DNA from: Alphaproteobacteria bacterium
GTDB lineage: Bacteria > Pseudomonadota > Alphaproteobacteria > Bin95
DNA: 64,000 nucleotides
Assembly (NCBI GenBank): GCA_964291285.2
Contig: OZ219788.1
Coordinates: 192,001-256,000, forward strand
Direction: 5' to 3'
Shown: positions 1 through 9,780 of the stretch, piece by piece
Layout of the letters: each line of letters begins with the position of its first letter
How positions within the stretch are numbered: position 1 is the stretch's first letter
Notes under the pieces: model-generated
Database searches by the model: none
What the model saw: the letters and a program-made list of their open reading frames with translations, nothing else
What the model was told of the DNA's origin: nothing
Translations under genes and position numbers: made by a program

Positions 1-366
1 ATTTGCCCTGTGCAAGCTCACCACATAGGTCGCCGAGCCATCCTGCGTGGCTTTTACAACGGCTCGCCATAACCGCCCTTCCAAATCGACAAAACCGGCG
101 ACTCGCTGGCTTCGGCCTCGGAAAAGCTCGCCCCGATCGAGAATGCGCTGGACGTGCGCATAGTCGTCCGGCTCAACGTCGGGGTGCCGTCTGGCCTGCT
201 TGGCGGCCGTTTCGCTGGACAGCCTGACTATCCGGGAGCGCGCGGCCATGGCGTCGGCGACGGCGGCGCTGAGAAACGCGACGGGAAAGTCGGCCTGTGC
301 CGAACCCCGTGCCGACGCCGCCAGAAACCTGCGGAATGCAGGTGTCGACCACGGCTCGTTCGCCAT
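1..366 (-). CDS. partial (3' end outside window) protein resembling the BECR/PBECR nuclease-like C-terminal domain of MuF phage head proteins
   Basis: Not in the ORF track because it runs off the edge. ATG at 366, open to position 1: MANEPWSTPAFRRFL...DFPVAFL...VRLSSETAAKQARRHPDVEPDDYAHVQRILDRGE...WRAVVKATQDGSATYVVSLHR. Confidence 0.55.
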   Translation of the reverse strand, partial: MANEPWSTPAFRRFLAASARGSAQADFPVAFLSAAVADAMAARSRIVRLSSETAAKQARRHPDVEPDDYAHVQRILDRGELFRGRSQRVAGFVDLEGRLWRAVVKATQDGSATYVVSLHRAN

Positions 367-380
367 TGCGCAGCCGCCCG

Positions 381-704
381 TCAGGGCAGGACGGCGAGGT
401 CGAGCAGGGGGGCGTGCTGCTGGGCGCCATAGACATCCGCGTCGCGCGGGCCGCCGGAGCCGACGGGGCGCCGGAGCGAGAACTTGACCGCCCGCGCGAA
501 GGGATAGAAGTCGAAGCCCAGCAATTCGTTGTCGGAAACGCCGTAGAGCCCGCAGACCGCCTGCCGGCTCAACAGTCCGGCGGAGCGCACGGCCTCGAAG
601 ACCTCCTCGGTCTCGAACAGGATGTCGAAGGTCACGATGAAGGGGCCCGCATTCTTGGACCGGATGACCTCCGCCAGCTCCCCAAGTGTCTTCATTGGAG
701 CCAT
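381..704 (-). CDS. DUF4387 family protein
   Basis: IRSKNAGPF..TFDI and D.DVYGAQQHAPL motifs; overlaps the end of the AtuA-family gene, its usual partner. Confidence 0.85.
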   Translation of the reverse strand: MAPMKTLGELAEVIRSKNAGPFIVTFDILFETEEVFEAVRSAGLLSRQAVCGLYGVSDNELLGFDFYPFARAVKFSLRRPVGSGGPRDADVYGAQQHAPLLDLAVLP

Positions 705-2062
705 TCGAGCCGTCCGAAGCTCTCCGGCTCGTCGATTTCCATCAGGTGGTAGATGTTGAACTCATAGACCGGCCCGGCCGGGATTTCCGCCGGCGAGAAC
801 GGGAAGGCGATATTGCCGGCCGTCGCGCGCCGGCCCTCGAAGGGCACATGCAGGATGGTCGAACGCGCAAGCCCGCAGACCGCTTCGGCGATCTCAGGCG
901 TCTCCGCCACCACGTCGATCAATATGCCGAGCTCGTGCGCGGCCTGCCGGTTCGGCTCCCAAGCGCCCATCACGCCGTCGAGGCCGTAGCGGTGGAAGGT
1001 GATGCTGTATTGCGAGGGGTCGATGAACCCCGCCTGGGTCTCGCGGATCTTGTCCCTGACCGCTTCCTGGATCGTGTCGATGGAGCGGATGAAGGCCGGA
1101 TCGCGCGCGCCGCCGACGGTCAGCGCCCGGTGCCCCGCGAGCCGCGCGCCTTCCAGCTTGACCGTGTAGCGCTCGGCCTCCCGGAAGGCGCTGCCCGAGA
1201 CGCGGATGCGGCGCGGGTCGATCTGGTCGAACCGTGTCCGGCGAAGATCGACGGAGCCGCCCGGCCCCGCCAGCATCACCGGGTCCGACTTCTCGTAGAA
1301 GGTGTGCGCGGAGACGGAGGCCTCGGTGCATGCCTTCTCCGGATGGGTGGGCTCGACGATGAAATGGTCGTCGCGCAGCCGCCCGAGAATGAGGTCGCCG
1401 CCGCCGGTCGGGCGCGCGGCAAGGCTGCCGCATTCGAGGATCTTGCCCATATGCAGCGCGAGGCCGCGGTCGCGGCCCTGCATCAGCGGCAGCGCGGCGA
1501 TGTTGGACACGTCCCAGGCGCGGCCGACCACCAGGATATCGGGCTTGCCGGCGAGCGCCCGGAAATAGGACTCCGGCCCGACCTGCGCCACGATATGCGC
1601 AGCCGCATCGACATCCTCGACGGTGAGTTCCGCGCCGGTCTCGAACATGCGCACCCGTCCCTCTTCCACCGCCGCGCGCACGGTCCCGCGATCGAGCTCG
1701 GAGCGCAGCACGGCGACCTTCCGGTCGAGCCCGAGTTCCTCCATCACCCGGCCGAGCAGCGCCAGCAGATGGTCCACCTGCCCGTCGCCGCCCGCGCCGC
1801 CCGCGGAACCGATGATGAGCGGCACGCCGGCGTCGGCGCCCGCCTTCACCATCAGACGGAGGTCGCGCAGGATCATCGCATCCCCGACGAAGGGCTTGCC
1901 GGTGCCGAGATAATAGGGCCCCGGATCGCTGGAGCCCGCATCGCAGGCGATCAGGTCCACGCCGGCTTCGACCGCATCCCGAAGCGATTCCTCGCGGAAG
2001 CCGTAGCCCAGCATCCCGTTGGAAACGACGACGAATTCGTCTTCGCGCTTGCGTTCGATCAT
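692..2062 (-). CDS. acyclic terpene utilization AtuA family protein (DUF1446)
   Basis: GMLGYGF, DAGSSDPGPYYLG, HMGKILECG, SAHTFYEKSDP motifs; AGGAGG RBS upstream. Confidence 0.85.
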   Translation of the reverse strand: MIERKREDEFVVVSNGMLGYGFREESLRDAVEAGVDLIACDAGSSDPGPYYLGTGKPFVGDAMILRDLRLMVKAGADAGVPLIIGSAGGAGGDGQVDHLLALLGRVMEELGLDRKVAVLRSELDRGTVRAAVEEGRVRMFETGAELTVEDVDAAAHIVAQVGPESYFRALAGKPDILVVGRAWDVSNIAALPLMQGRDRGLALHMGKILECGSLAARPTGGGDLILGRLRDDHFIVEPTHPEKACTEASVSAHTFYEKSDPVMLAGPGGSVDLRRTRFDQIDPRRIRVSGSAFREAERYTVKLEGARLAGHRALTVGGARDPAFIRSIDTIQEAVRDKIRETQAGFIDPSQYSITFHRYGLDGVMGAWEPNRQAAHELGILIDVVAETPEIAEAVCGLARSTILHVPFEGRRATAGNIAFPFSPAEIPAGPVYEFNIYHLMEIDEPESFGRLEWLQ

Positions 2063-2073
2063 GGGCCTCCTCC

Positions 2074-3156
2074 TTACCCGCGCCCCTCGGCCCAGGCGTC
2101 TATGTCGAGTTCGCCGCGGAAATCGGCCGACACCGCCGCTTTTTTCGGTTCGAGCGGTATGCCGGTCGCATCCGCAACGCGGTCGATGGCGTTGAAGGTC
2201 GCGGCCACGCCGGCCGCATCCACCCAGCCGGCATCGCCGACCGTGCGGCGCAGCGCGGAAATAGCGGCGGCCATGTCGCCCTCCCCGGCGACTGCCTCGG
2301 CGAAGGCCGCCAGTTCTTCGCCGGCGGCGACCCCGCCTCCGCCGCCGCTCACGATCGCGTCCAGATCGTAACTGTCGCCTGTTGTCCGGCCGCTCTCACG
2401 GAGCAGCAGCGCATGGCTGGTGGTTCAGTAAACGCACTGGTTGAGCGCGGAAATCCTCGCCGCCAGGAACTCGATCTGCGCGTGGCTGATGGCGCGGTAT
2501 TCGACCTCGTAATCGCGCATCCAGCGGCTCGGCAGATATTGCGTCTCGACGAGGTCGAAAAAGGCCCGCTTCGCCTCCGGCACCAGGGTCAGCGCCATGA
2601 GGATGTAGGCCCGCGGCACACCGGAATAGATGTCGGCCTCCGCCCCGGTTTCCTCGCCATGCAGGATCAGCGGCACCCACGCCTCTTCCATCCGCGCCGA
2701 GGCCGGGCGGTAACCCGACGGCTCTCCCGGTTTCGGTTCCGGCAGGCACCGCAACGGCAGGCCCATCGAGCGGGCGAAGGTGTCGAGCGAGACCGTCACC
2801 GCCGTCACGCCCACCGTCTCCACATAGCGCGTGACCTCGACGCCCTCGGCCAGACGCGCCTCGAACCAGCGGCGCGTCAGGCGCGCGGGGTCGGTGACGA
2901 TTCGGTGGACGATCTCCACCATTGGCGGCTCGAGAACGCCGGGCCCGTCATGCTCGCCGACGACCGCCTCGGGCGAGAGCGCCCGCTTGCGCGCGGCGCA
3001 AAGCCGGCAATCCCGCGCATGGCGCGTCTCGGCGGCGATGGCGACGCGCTCCGCGCCTGTCAGCCAATTGCCCGGAGCGGCAATCCAAGCCCAGGCGCGG
3101 GCATGGGCCGCCGGAATGTCGGCGCGGACCGGCGCTTCCGCATCGGGATATCCCAT
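2074..3156 (-). CDS. AhpD-like alkylhydroperoxidase-related selenoprotein (in-frame UGA = Sec at 2425-2427, 360 aa)
   Basis: ORFs 2425..3156 and 2074..2352 are in the same frame. Read-through gives EFLAARISALNQC-V-Y-U-TTSH, the AhpD E..S..N.CxxC...H motif with Sec as the second Cys; a hairpin follows the UGA. Confidence 0.85.
2389..2407 (-). promoter_or_regulatory. putative bacterial SECIS element
   Basis: GCUGCUC-[CGUGA]-GAGCGGC, a 7-bp stem with a GU-containing loop starting 17 nt after the in-frame UGA. Confidence 0.65.
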
Positions 3157-3439
3157 CGTTCCAGCCCTCCTGCCGTTCGCAGTCTAAGCGCCTTCCGCGG
3201 CGCGGGGAAACGCTCCCTTGTCCGTGGCCAAGATGCCGTCCCCTGGAGGAAGTGTCATGGCATGTCATGAGATGTCATGATCCGCATGCGGGCGGCGCAT
3301 ATCCTGTGGTCCTTTCGGGCATGAGGCGGTTTCCCCGGAGCTGTGTTCGTCTGCATCCTGAATATCGTTCCTCCACCGCGTTTCGTTCCGCTTCGTTCCG
3401 TTCTCCCGCTGCCCGGCCTGCCCGAGCGGCAAACCCTAA

Positions 3440-5346
3440 CCCAACTTGAACAGTCGGTGTCGATTTTTGCCGGGCGCGGTTTCGCCAAGTTGTTGAAATG
3501 ATTGGATAGTGAGGTGATGATTGGCGCGGGTTGAGAAAAATGTAGTGAAACATTTTTGCTGATTTGGCCTTGTTTTCTTGATTGGTCGATATCGAAGACA
3601 TACAACGCGGTCATGTTCGTGCGCGAAACGACCGCCCGGGGCCACCGCTATCTCTACCTCGTGGAGAGCGTGCGCGAGGGCAAGCGGGTGCGCCAGCGCA
3701 CGATCCGCGCGCTCGGCCGCAAGGACGTGTTGCAGGCGAGCGGGGAGCTGGACCGTCTGATCGCGTCCCTGGCGCGCCATTCGGAGCGGTCCGTGGTGCT
3801 GGAGGACATGGAGGCGGGCGCGCTGGCCTGCGTGCGGGTCGGCGGTCCGCTGCTGTTCGGTCGGCTGTGGGATCGGCTGGGCGTGGGCGCTGTCGTGAAG
3901 GAGCTTCTGGACGGTCGCGGCTTCGGGTTCGCCGTCGAGCGGGCGGTGTTTGTGAGCGTTCTGCACCGTCTGTTCGTGTCGGGTTCGGACCGGTCCTGCG
4001 AGAAGTGGATGGCCGACTACGCGATCGAGGGGATCGAGGGGTTGCGGCTTCATCAGCTGTATCGGGCGATGGCCTGGCTCGGGGAGGAGCTGGAGGCGCC
4101 GGCGGAAGGCGCGCTTGCGCCGCGCTGCGTGAAGGACGGGATCGAGGAGCGTCTGTTCGAGCACAGGCGGGACCTGTTCACCGACCTGTCTGTGGTGTTC
4201 ATGGACACCACGACGCTGTCGTTCCACGGCGCGGGCGGCGAGACGCTGGGCGCGCACGGCTACTCGAAGGACCATCGCCCGGACTTGCGCCAGATGGTTC
4301 TGGCGGTGGTGCTGGACGGCGAGGGCCGGCCTGTGTGCACGGAGATGCTGCCGGGCAACACGGCCGACACCAGGGTGCTGCTGCCGATCGTGGACCGTCT
4401 TCGGTCACGCTTCGGGATCGGTCGTGTGTGCGTGGTGGCGGACCGGGGGATGATCTCGGCGGCGACGATAGCGGCGCTGGAAGAGCGGGGGCTGGACTAC
4501 ATCCTGGGCGCGCGCGAGCGGCGCACGAAGGTGGTCCGCGAGGTGGTGCTGAAGGACACGAAGCCCTTTGTGCCGCTGCTCCTCAAGCGTCCGCGCGGCG
4601 AGACGCAGCTGTTCGTGAAGGAAGTCACGGTGGGCGGCGCGCGCTACATCGTGTGCCGCAACGAGGCGGAGGCACAGAAGGACCGCGCCGACCGGCAGGC
4701 CGTGGTGGACGGCCTCCAGCGCCGCCTTGCGGACGGCGAGAAAGCGCTGATCGGCAACAGCGCCTACCGGCGTTATCTGCGCCGCACGGGCGCGGGCAAG
4801 GCGTTCGAGATCGACGCCGGCAAGCTCGCCGAGGAGGCCGGCTTCGACGGCATCTTCGTGCTGCGCACCAACGCCGGCATGACGCCGCTCAATGCCGTGC
4901 TCCGCTACCGGGAGCTGCTCACGGTGGAAGACCTGTTCCGCCGGGCGAAGGCCCAGTTGCGCACCCGCCCGATCTACCACTCCTGCGACGCCGCGATCCG
5001 CGGCCACGTCTTCTGCTCCTTCCTCGCGCTCGTCCTCCAGAAGGAACTGGCCGACCGCTGCGCCGCCGCCAACGTCAACGTCGAATGGGACGACCTGATC
5101 CGCGATCTCGACCGCCTGCAAGAGGCCACCATCGAGAAGGACGGCAAGCGCATCACCACCCGCACCCATGTCGAGGGCCAGGTCGGAAAGGTCTTCCAGG
5201 CCGTCGGCATCGCGCTGCCGCCGAACTGGCGCGAACACAAAGCCTGACCGTCCCCAAAATCAACGAAATGTAGTGGGTACACCCGGCGATGCCGGTGTAA
5301 CTCCCTGTTCTATCGAATACTTTTAATCGTCACTGTTGAAGTTGGG
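3440..5346 (+). mobile_element. IS1634-family insertion sequence (element A)
   Basis: IRs CCCAACTTGAACAGT / ACTGTTGAAGTTGGG (1 mismatch); flanked by CCTAA direct repeats at 3435-3439 and 5347-5351. Confidence 0.9.
3613..5247 (+). CDS. IS1634 family transposase
   Basis: MFVRE..YLYLVESVREG, DTTTLSF, GYSKDHRPD, VADRGMIS, RPIYH..IRGHVFCSFLA. Confidence 0.92.
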   Translation: MFVRETTARGHRYLYLVESVREGKRVRQRTIRALGRKDVLQASGELDRLIASLARHSERSVVLEDMEAGALACVRVGGPLLFGRLWDRLGVGAVVKELLDGRGFGFAVERAVFVSVLHRLFVSGSDRSCEKWMADYAIEGIEGLRLHQLYRAMAWLGEELEAPAEGALAPRCVKDGIEERLFEHRRDLFTDLSVVFMDTTTLSFHGAGGETLGAHGYSKDHRPDLRQMVLAVVLDGEGRPVCTEMLPGNTADTRVLLPIVDRLRSRFGIGRVCVVADRGMISAATIAALEERGLDYILGARERRTKVVREVVLKDTKPFVPLLLKRPRGETQLFVKEVTVGGARYIVCRNEAEAQKDRADRQAVVDGLQRRLADGEKALIGNSAYRRYLRRTGAGKAFEIDAGKLAEEAGFDGIFVLRTNAGMTPLNAVLRYRELLTVEDLFRRAKAQLRTRPIYHSCDAAIRGHVFCSFLALVLQKELADRCAAANVNVEWDDLIRDLDRLQEATIEKDGKRITTRTHVEGQVGKVFQAVGIALPPNWREHKA

Positions 5347-5351
5347 CCTAA

Positions 5352-7365
5352 CCCGACTTCCGCAACTCGGGGGTCATGAGGATGCTAACTCATTGAATAG
5401 CCTTGATCGTCTCCCCGAGGGTCGGCACTACAAGGCGGCGAACGGAGAGGCGGCGCCGTGTGCCGTCAGGCGGAGATCCGGGGTGCGGGTTGCTGCGGCC
5501 AGGTCATGCCGAGCTGTTGCAGCAGTAGCTCGTGCTCCTTGTTCGGCCGGGTGTGGCGCGGCAGGACGAGGTGCCGGCCGTCGGTGGTTGGCAGATGGAC
5601 GTCCACCATCTGGATGGTGGCGAAGGCCTCAAGGATGGCGCGTGGGGTGAGGCCCGGGGCGCGCGGCCGGGCGAGGTTCTTCAGGGTCACCAGCAGGCAG
5701 TAGGCGATGAACGAGACGAAGATATGCGCCTCGATGCGCTCTTGGCGCTGATGGAAGATGGGGCGGATCGCGAGGTCGTGCTTGAGTTCCTTGAACGCCT
5801 GCTCGATCTCGACGAGCTGCATGTACAGATGCCACAGCGTGGCGGGGTCTTCGGCGACCATGTTGGATCGCAGCAGGTAACGGCCCTCGCGGCGGCGGAC
5901 CTGGCGCAGCCGGTCGCGCTGCAGGCGGAATGAGAAGCCGTTGGCGGCGAGTTCGCTGTCGGTCCCGGGCACGGTGATGTCGACCAGGCTCCAGGCCCGG
6001 CCGGCCTCCTTCCTGGCGGCGCCGAGCTTGAGCAACAACTGATCCCGGCTGTTCGACTGCCCTTGCAACTCGGCCAATCGACGCCACAGCCTCTTCAGCC
6101 GGCGCCGGCGCATGCCGCGTTCCTTCACCTGCCGCCCCTCGCTGCGCACCAGGACGTAGAGCTCGCCATCCTCGACCAGAAGCTTGACAGTCACGGACTG
6201 GCGCACCTCCTGCCAGGGCAGGCCCAGGAACACCTTCTCGAGCCGCGTCAGCCGGCCCTTGGGCGTGCCCACCAGGTAGCGCACCGGCGCCTCGCCCTCG
6301 CGCATCGCGGCCAGCGTCTCCTCGGTGGGGATGCCGCGGTCCATGATCCACACCCGCTCGGAGCGGCCATACTGATCCTCGATCTTCTTGAGGAACGCCG
6401 CCAGCGTGGTGTCGTCGGAGGTGTTGCCCGGCATCACCTCATAGGCCAGCGGAAAGCCCTGCGGCGTAACGATCAGGGCGATCACCACCTGCACGCAGTC
6501 GGGCCGCTTGTCCCGGCTGTAGCCGAAGCGGCGCTTGTCATCGAACGGCGGATCGCTCTCGAAGTAGGTCGAGGTCAGGTCGTAGAGCAGCACGTCGAAG
6601 CGCGCCTCGAACAGCGTCGCCCAGCGGTCGCGCAGAAACGAGAAGAAGCCCTGCTTGTGCGCCAGCAGCTTGTCGAGACAGCGATAGAGTGTGTCGTCGG
6701 CGATCGCCCGCTCGCCACCCAGAAGATCGCGAAGCGCGCTGTGCTCATACCAGTGACGGTGAAGGCGCCACTCGCTGCCCGGGTCGATCAGCCGGTAGCA
6801 GACCTGGATCTTCAGGATGTCCAGCCACCGCGTGCCTTGCCGGCTCGCCGGCAGCCGCTCTTCCCAGAAGCGGTCCAGGTCCAGGCGGTCCCACAAGGAC
6901 AGCGCCAGCCAGCACGCCCCCCACTGGCGCGGGTCGTGAAGCGCCACCTGCGAGAGGTCGATCTTCACCACTTCGCAAGTCAGCGCCGGCGCCTCCCGGT
7001 CCTCGGGAAACAGCGCCATCTGCCGTGATCGCGACTTGCCCTCCACCACCTCGATCGAGCGGCACCACGCCGCTCGCTGGCTGTCGTTGATCTCCCCGAG
7101 ATAGAGCACCTGACGCTGAACAACCCGACCGCCGTGGACCCGGACGTTCTCCACAACGCTCCAGTAGCGGTGCTCCTTGCCGTCCTTGAAGCGTCTCTTG
7201 CAGCGCACGAACATCAGCGCAGCGTCCGGATCTTCGCCAGCCCGATCAAGGGGGTAGGTCGGCACTACAAGCCGGTCCCGAGAGGTACTGCACCGAAATC
7301 CGACACTTCTCGCGCCGGAAAACCGTCAAATCAGTCGATTCTCAAGCCGAGTTGCGGAAGTCGGG
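5352..7365 (-). mobile_element. IS1634-family insertion sequence (element B, distinct from A)
   Basis: Perfect 19-bp IR CCCGACTTCCGCAACTCGG; flanked by CTAA at 5348-5351 and 7366-7369. Confidence 0.9.
5466..7214 (-). CDS. IS1634 family transposase
   Basis: MFVRC..KDGKEHRYWS, YDLTSTYFE, GYSRDKRPDC, MDRGIPTE, RPIFHQ..RIEAHIFVSF; start taken at MFVRC. Confidence 0.92.
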   Translation of the reverse strand: MFVRCKRRFKDGKEHRYWSVVENVRVHGGRVVQRQVLYLGEINDSQRAAWCRSIEVVEGKSRSRQMALFPEDREAPALTCEVVKIDLSQVALHDPRQWGACWLALSLWDRLDLDRFWEERLPASRQGTRWLDILKIQVCYRLIDPGSEWRLHRHWYEHSALRDLLGGERAIADDTLYRCLDKLLAHKQGFFSFLRDRWATLFEARFDVLLYDLTSTYFESDPPFDDKRRFGYSRDKRPDCVQVVIALIVTPQGFPLAYEVMPGNTSDDTTLAAFLKKIEDQYGRSERVWIMDRGIPTEETLAAMREGEAPVRYLVGTPKGRLTRLEKVFLGLPWQEVRQSVTVKLLVEDGELYVLVRSEGRQVKERGMRRRRLKRLWRRLAELQGQSNSRDQLLLKLGAARKEAGRAWSLVDITVPGTDSELAANGFSFRLQRDRLRQVRRREGRYLLRSNMVAEDPATLWHLYMQLVEIEQAFKELKHDLAIRPIFHQRQERIEAHIFVSFIAYCLLVTLKNLARPRAPGLTPRAILEAFATIQMVDVHLPTTDGRHLVLPRHTRPNKEHELLLQQLGMTWPQQPAPRISA

Positions 7366-7641
7366 CTAATTCGCGCGTAATGCGCGCCCCCGCCCGCGCC
7401 TGATTGCGCATGTGCCCACGCGCGCGAGCCGAACGCAGGCGTACCTCTCCTGTCGTCTCCCAAGCGTATTTTTCGCGCCGGCGCCAACACGAAAGACGGG
7501 AGGGCCTCCGGATGCCGCTTCCCGCCCTTCAATCTAGTTGGTGATTCCCTGAAATCAAGAGAAAAAGAATTTTTTCTGATATCATGAACAAGTTATGTCT
7601 TCGTTCACGACTCCGACCCGCAGCACGGAAGGCGGTCGGTG

Positions 7642-8343
7642 CTATGCGGCGTCGTGGAAGATGATGCCGAGGGTGAAGCGTTCGCCCGAACGGACCCGAG
7701 AGACGCCGTGGCGCATCTCGGCGCGGGCATGGCCGCGCCTGCCGGCTACCGGCCGGTCACGCACGGGGAATACCACCATATCGCCCTGCCTCAGCTGCAC
7801 CGCCTCGCCCATCGCCTGCATCCGCATCCGGTTCTCGACCAGAAGGAACTCGCCGCCGGTGAAGTCGGTTCCGGGTTCCGAGAGCAGGAAGGTTGCCTGG
7901 AACGGAAAGGCTAGTTCCCCGTACAGGTCGCGGTGCAGCCGGTTGTAGCCGCCTTCCCGGTAGCGCAGCAGCAGGGGCGTCGGCTTCGTCTGCCCCGCCG
8001 CATGGCATTCGGCCCGGTAGGCCGCGTGGCCGGGCGGATAGCGCGCCTCCCTGCCGAGCCGGGCCATGGCTTCGTCGGCAAGCGGCGCGAGATGGCGGTA
8101 AAGCCCCTCGCGCAGCGCCCGGACCGCGTCCGGCAACGGGTCGGCGAAATAGGCATAGGCGCCCTCTCCGTAACCGTGCCGCGCCATGACGATCCGCCGC
8201 CGGAACAGCTCGTCCCGCTCCCAGCAGCCCCGGAAGGCCGCGCACGCATCGCGGGAAAGCACGCCCTCCGCCCGCGCATGGCCCCGCTCCAGCAAGGCGG
8301 CCCCGAGCGCCGGCCAGTCCAGCCTGTCGATCGCATTGCTCAT
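7642..8343 (-). CDS. 2OG-Fe(II) oxygenase (DUF2086 family)
   Basis: PTPLLLRY..G.YN.LHRDLYG, FTGGEF, RHGVSRVRSGER.TLGIIFHDAA; start at ATG 8343. Confidence 0.85.
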   Translation of the reverse strand: MSNAIDRLDWPALGAALLERGHARAEGVLSRDACAAFRGCWERDELFRRRIVMARHGYGEGAYAYFADPLPDAVRALREGLYRHLAPLADEAMARLGREARYPPGHAAYRAECHAAGQTKPTPLLLRYREGGYNRLHRDLYGELAFPFQATFLLSEPGTDFTGGEFLLVENRMRMQAMGEAVQLRQGDMVVFPVRDRPVAGRRGHARAEMRHGVSRVRSGERFTLGIIFHDAA

Positions 8344-8928
8344 GTTCGCCGGGCTACCGCCCCGGCCGCCGCCCGTCCACCCGGATTCGGACTTTTCCGC
8401 GCCGATACCCGCGGCCTGGCGCGATCCGTTCGGGTTGAAACGGCCTTGCGCGGTTTCGCACCCTTCCCGCACAGCCGGTTGCTTCCCCGTTTCTTTCGCA
8501 CGCCGCCTCGCGGGGACAGGCGGGGGGTTGACAGGGTCCCATATAGGTAAGGAGCCGGGTGAAAAACCGGGCAGGGAACGAAGCCGGAGGAAGGGGATCG
8601 TGCGGGGTCCGGGATACGGGTAGGGGCGTAGCCGCGGCGGCCTGCGGGCCGCCGCGGCGCGTCCGGGCGCATCGGCCGGCCAACCGGCGAGGTGCGTCCG
8701 GACCTGGGATATGGCGCATCCGGCTTTGCGGACCGGATGCGCATCCGGGATTTCTTCCTGCAGAAAGGTTGAACCCCGGAAACCCGCCGCCATCAGGCGG
8801 CGGGATTCGTTGTTTGACATCGTGAACAGGACTTGGCGACGGCGGCGGGAGAGCCGCGCGCTCCGACGGGCGGGCGCGATCCGGGGCGGCGATACGGGGC
8901 CGGGCCGGCCCGAAAGGACCGCGCCCTA

Positions 8929-9780
8929 GGCAGAATCGACATTCATCGCATCCAGAGGATAGCAGAAGCGATGTGTATGAAGGCGAGGAAGTATATTGCT
9001 TTTCGGTCGTATCGGGTTGCGATGCGGCGGAAGTGTTTGATCTTGTTGAAGTAGCGCTCGATGCGGTTTCGGTGTTTGTAGATTTCGGCGTCATAGCCGA
9101 TGAGACGCTTTCGCGTTGGATTGCAGGGGATGACGGCCTCGGCCTCGATGTCGGCGATGCGGTTGCGGATGGCATTGGCGTCGTAAGCAGCGTCGGCGAG
9201 CACATGGCGGGGCCGAAACCCCTCCATCAACGCCAGGGCCTTTGGCGCGTCGCCGGCCTGTCCGGGCGAGAGGATCACGCGGAGCGGTCGTCCGAGAGTG
9301 TCGCAGGCGATGTGTATTTTGGTCGTCAGTCCGCCTCTGGAACGCCCCAGAGCCTGATCCCGGCCCCCCCTTTTCCGGTCGCCGCCTGTTGATGCGCGCG
9401 CACGATGGTGCTGTCGAGCATGAGATAGCCATTGTCGCGATCCGCCGTCAGGGTATCGAACACCCTCTCCCACACGCCCACTTTGGCCCAGCGTGTGAAA
9501 CGCTTGTGCACCGACTTCCACTTCCCATAGCGCGGCGGCAGGTCGTGCCAGTGGGCGCCCGAACGAAGCACCCACAGAACCGCGTTGACGAACAACCGGT
9601 TGTCTGCTCCCGAACGCCCCGGATCGCCCGGCTTGCCCAGAAGCAGACCTTCGATGCGGACCCACTGCGCATCCGTCAGCTCATAGCGCTTCACCATACG
9701 CCCAACTCCAACCGAAAATCAGTTGGAGCGTCATGAATCACATAATGTCTTCCCAGGGAATCCTGTATGTCGATTGAACC
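8929..9780 (-). mobile_element. IS5-family (IS427-type) element with two frameshifted ORFs
   Basis: Imperfect IRs GGCAGAATCGACAT / GGTTCAATCGACAT, TA duplication in CTAG context; orfA 9326..9697; slippery A4G7 run near 9364-9374; orfB carries LGRSRGG.TTKIH, ADAAYD, RRIATRYD. Confidence 0.9.

Noticed and set aside
686-2371. Long + strand ORF (561 aa) and similar long antisense ORFs such as 13920..16181, 16290..18041, 33001..34605 and 60074..61786
   Set aside because: Shadow frames of well-supported opposite-strand genes; expected in high-GC DNA, with no recognisable motifs
3380-3405. Alphaproteobacterial LexA box (GTTC-N7-GTTC)
   Set aside because: The GTTC units are spaced by 6 and 1 nt, not 7
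8500-8925. Possible ncRNA or riboswitch in the long GC-rich intergenic region
   Set aside because: Several hairpins are present but I cannot match them to any RNA family; an Infernal/Rfam scan would be needed
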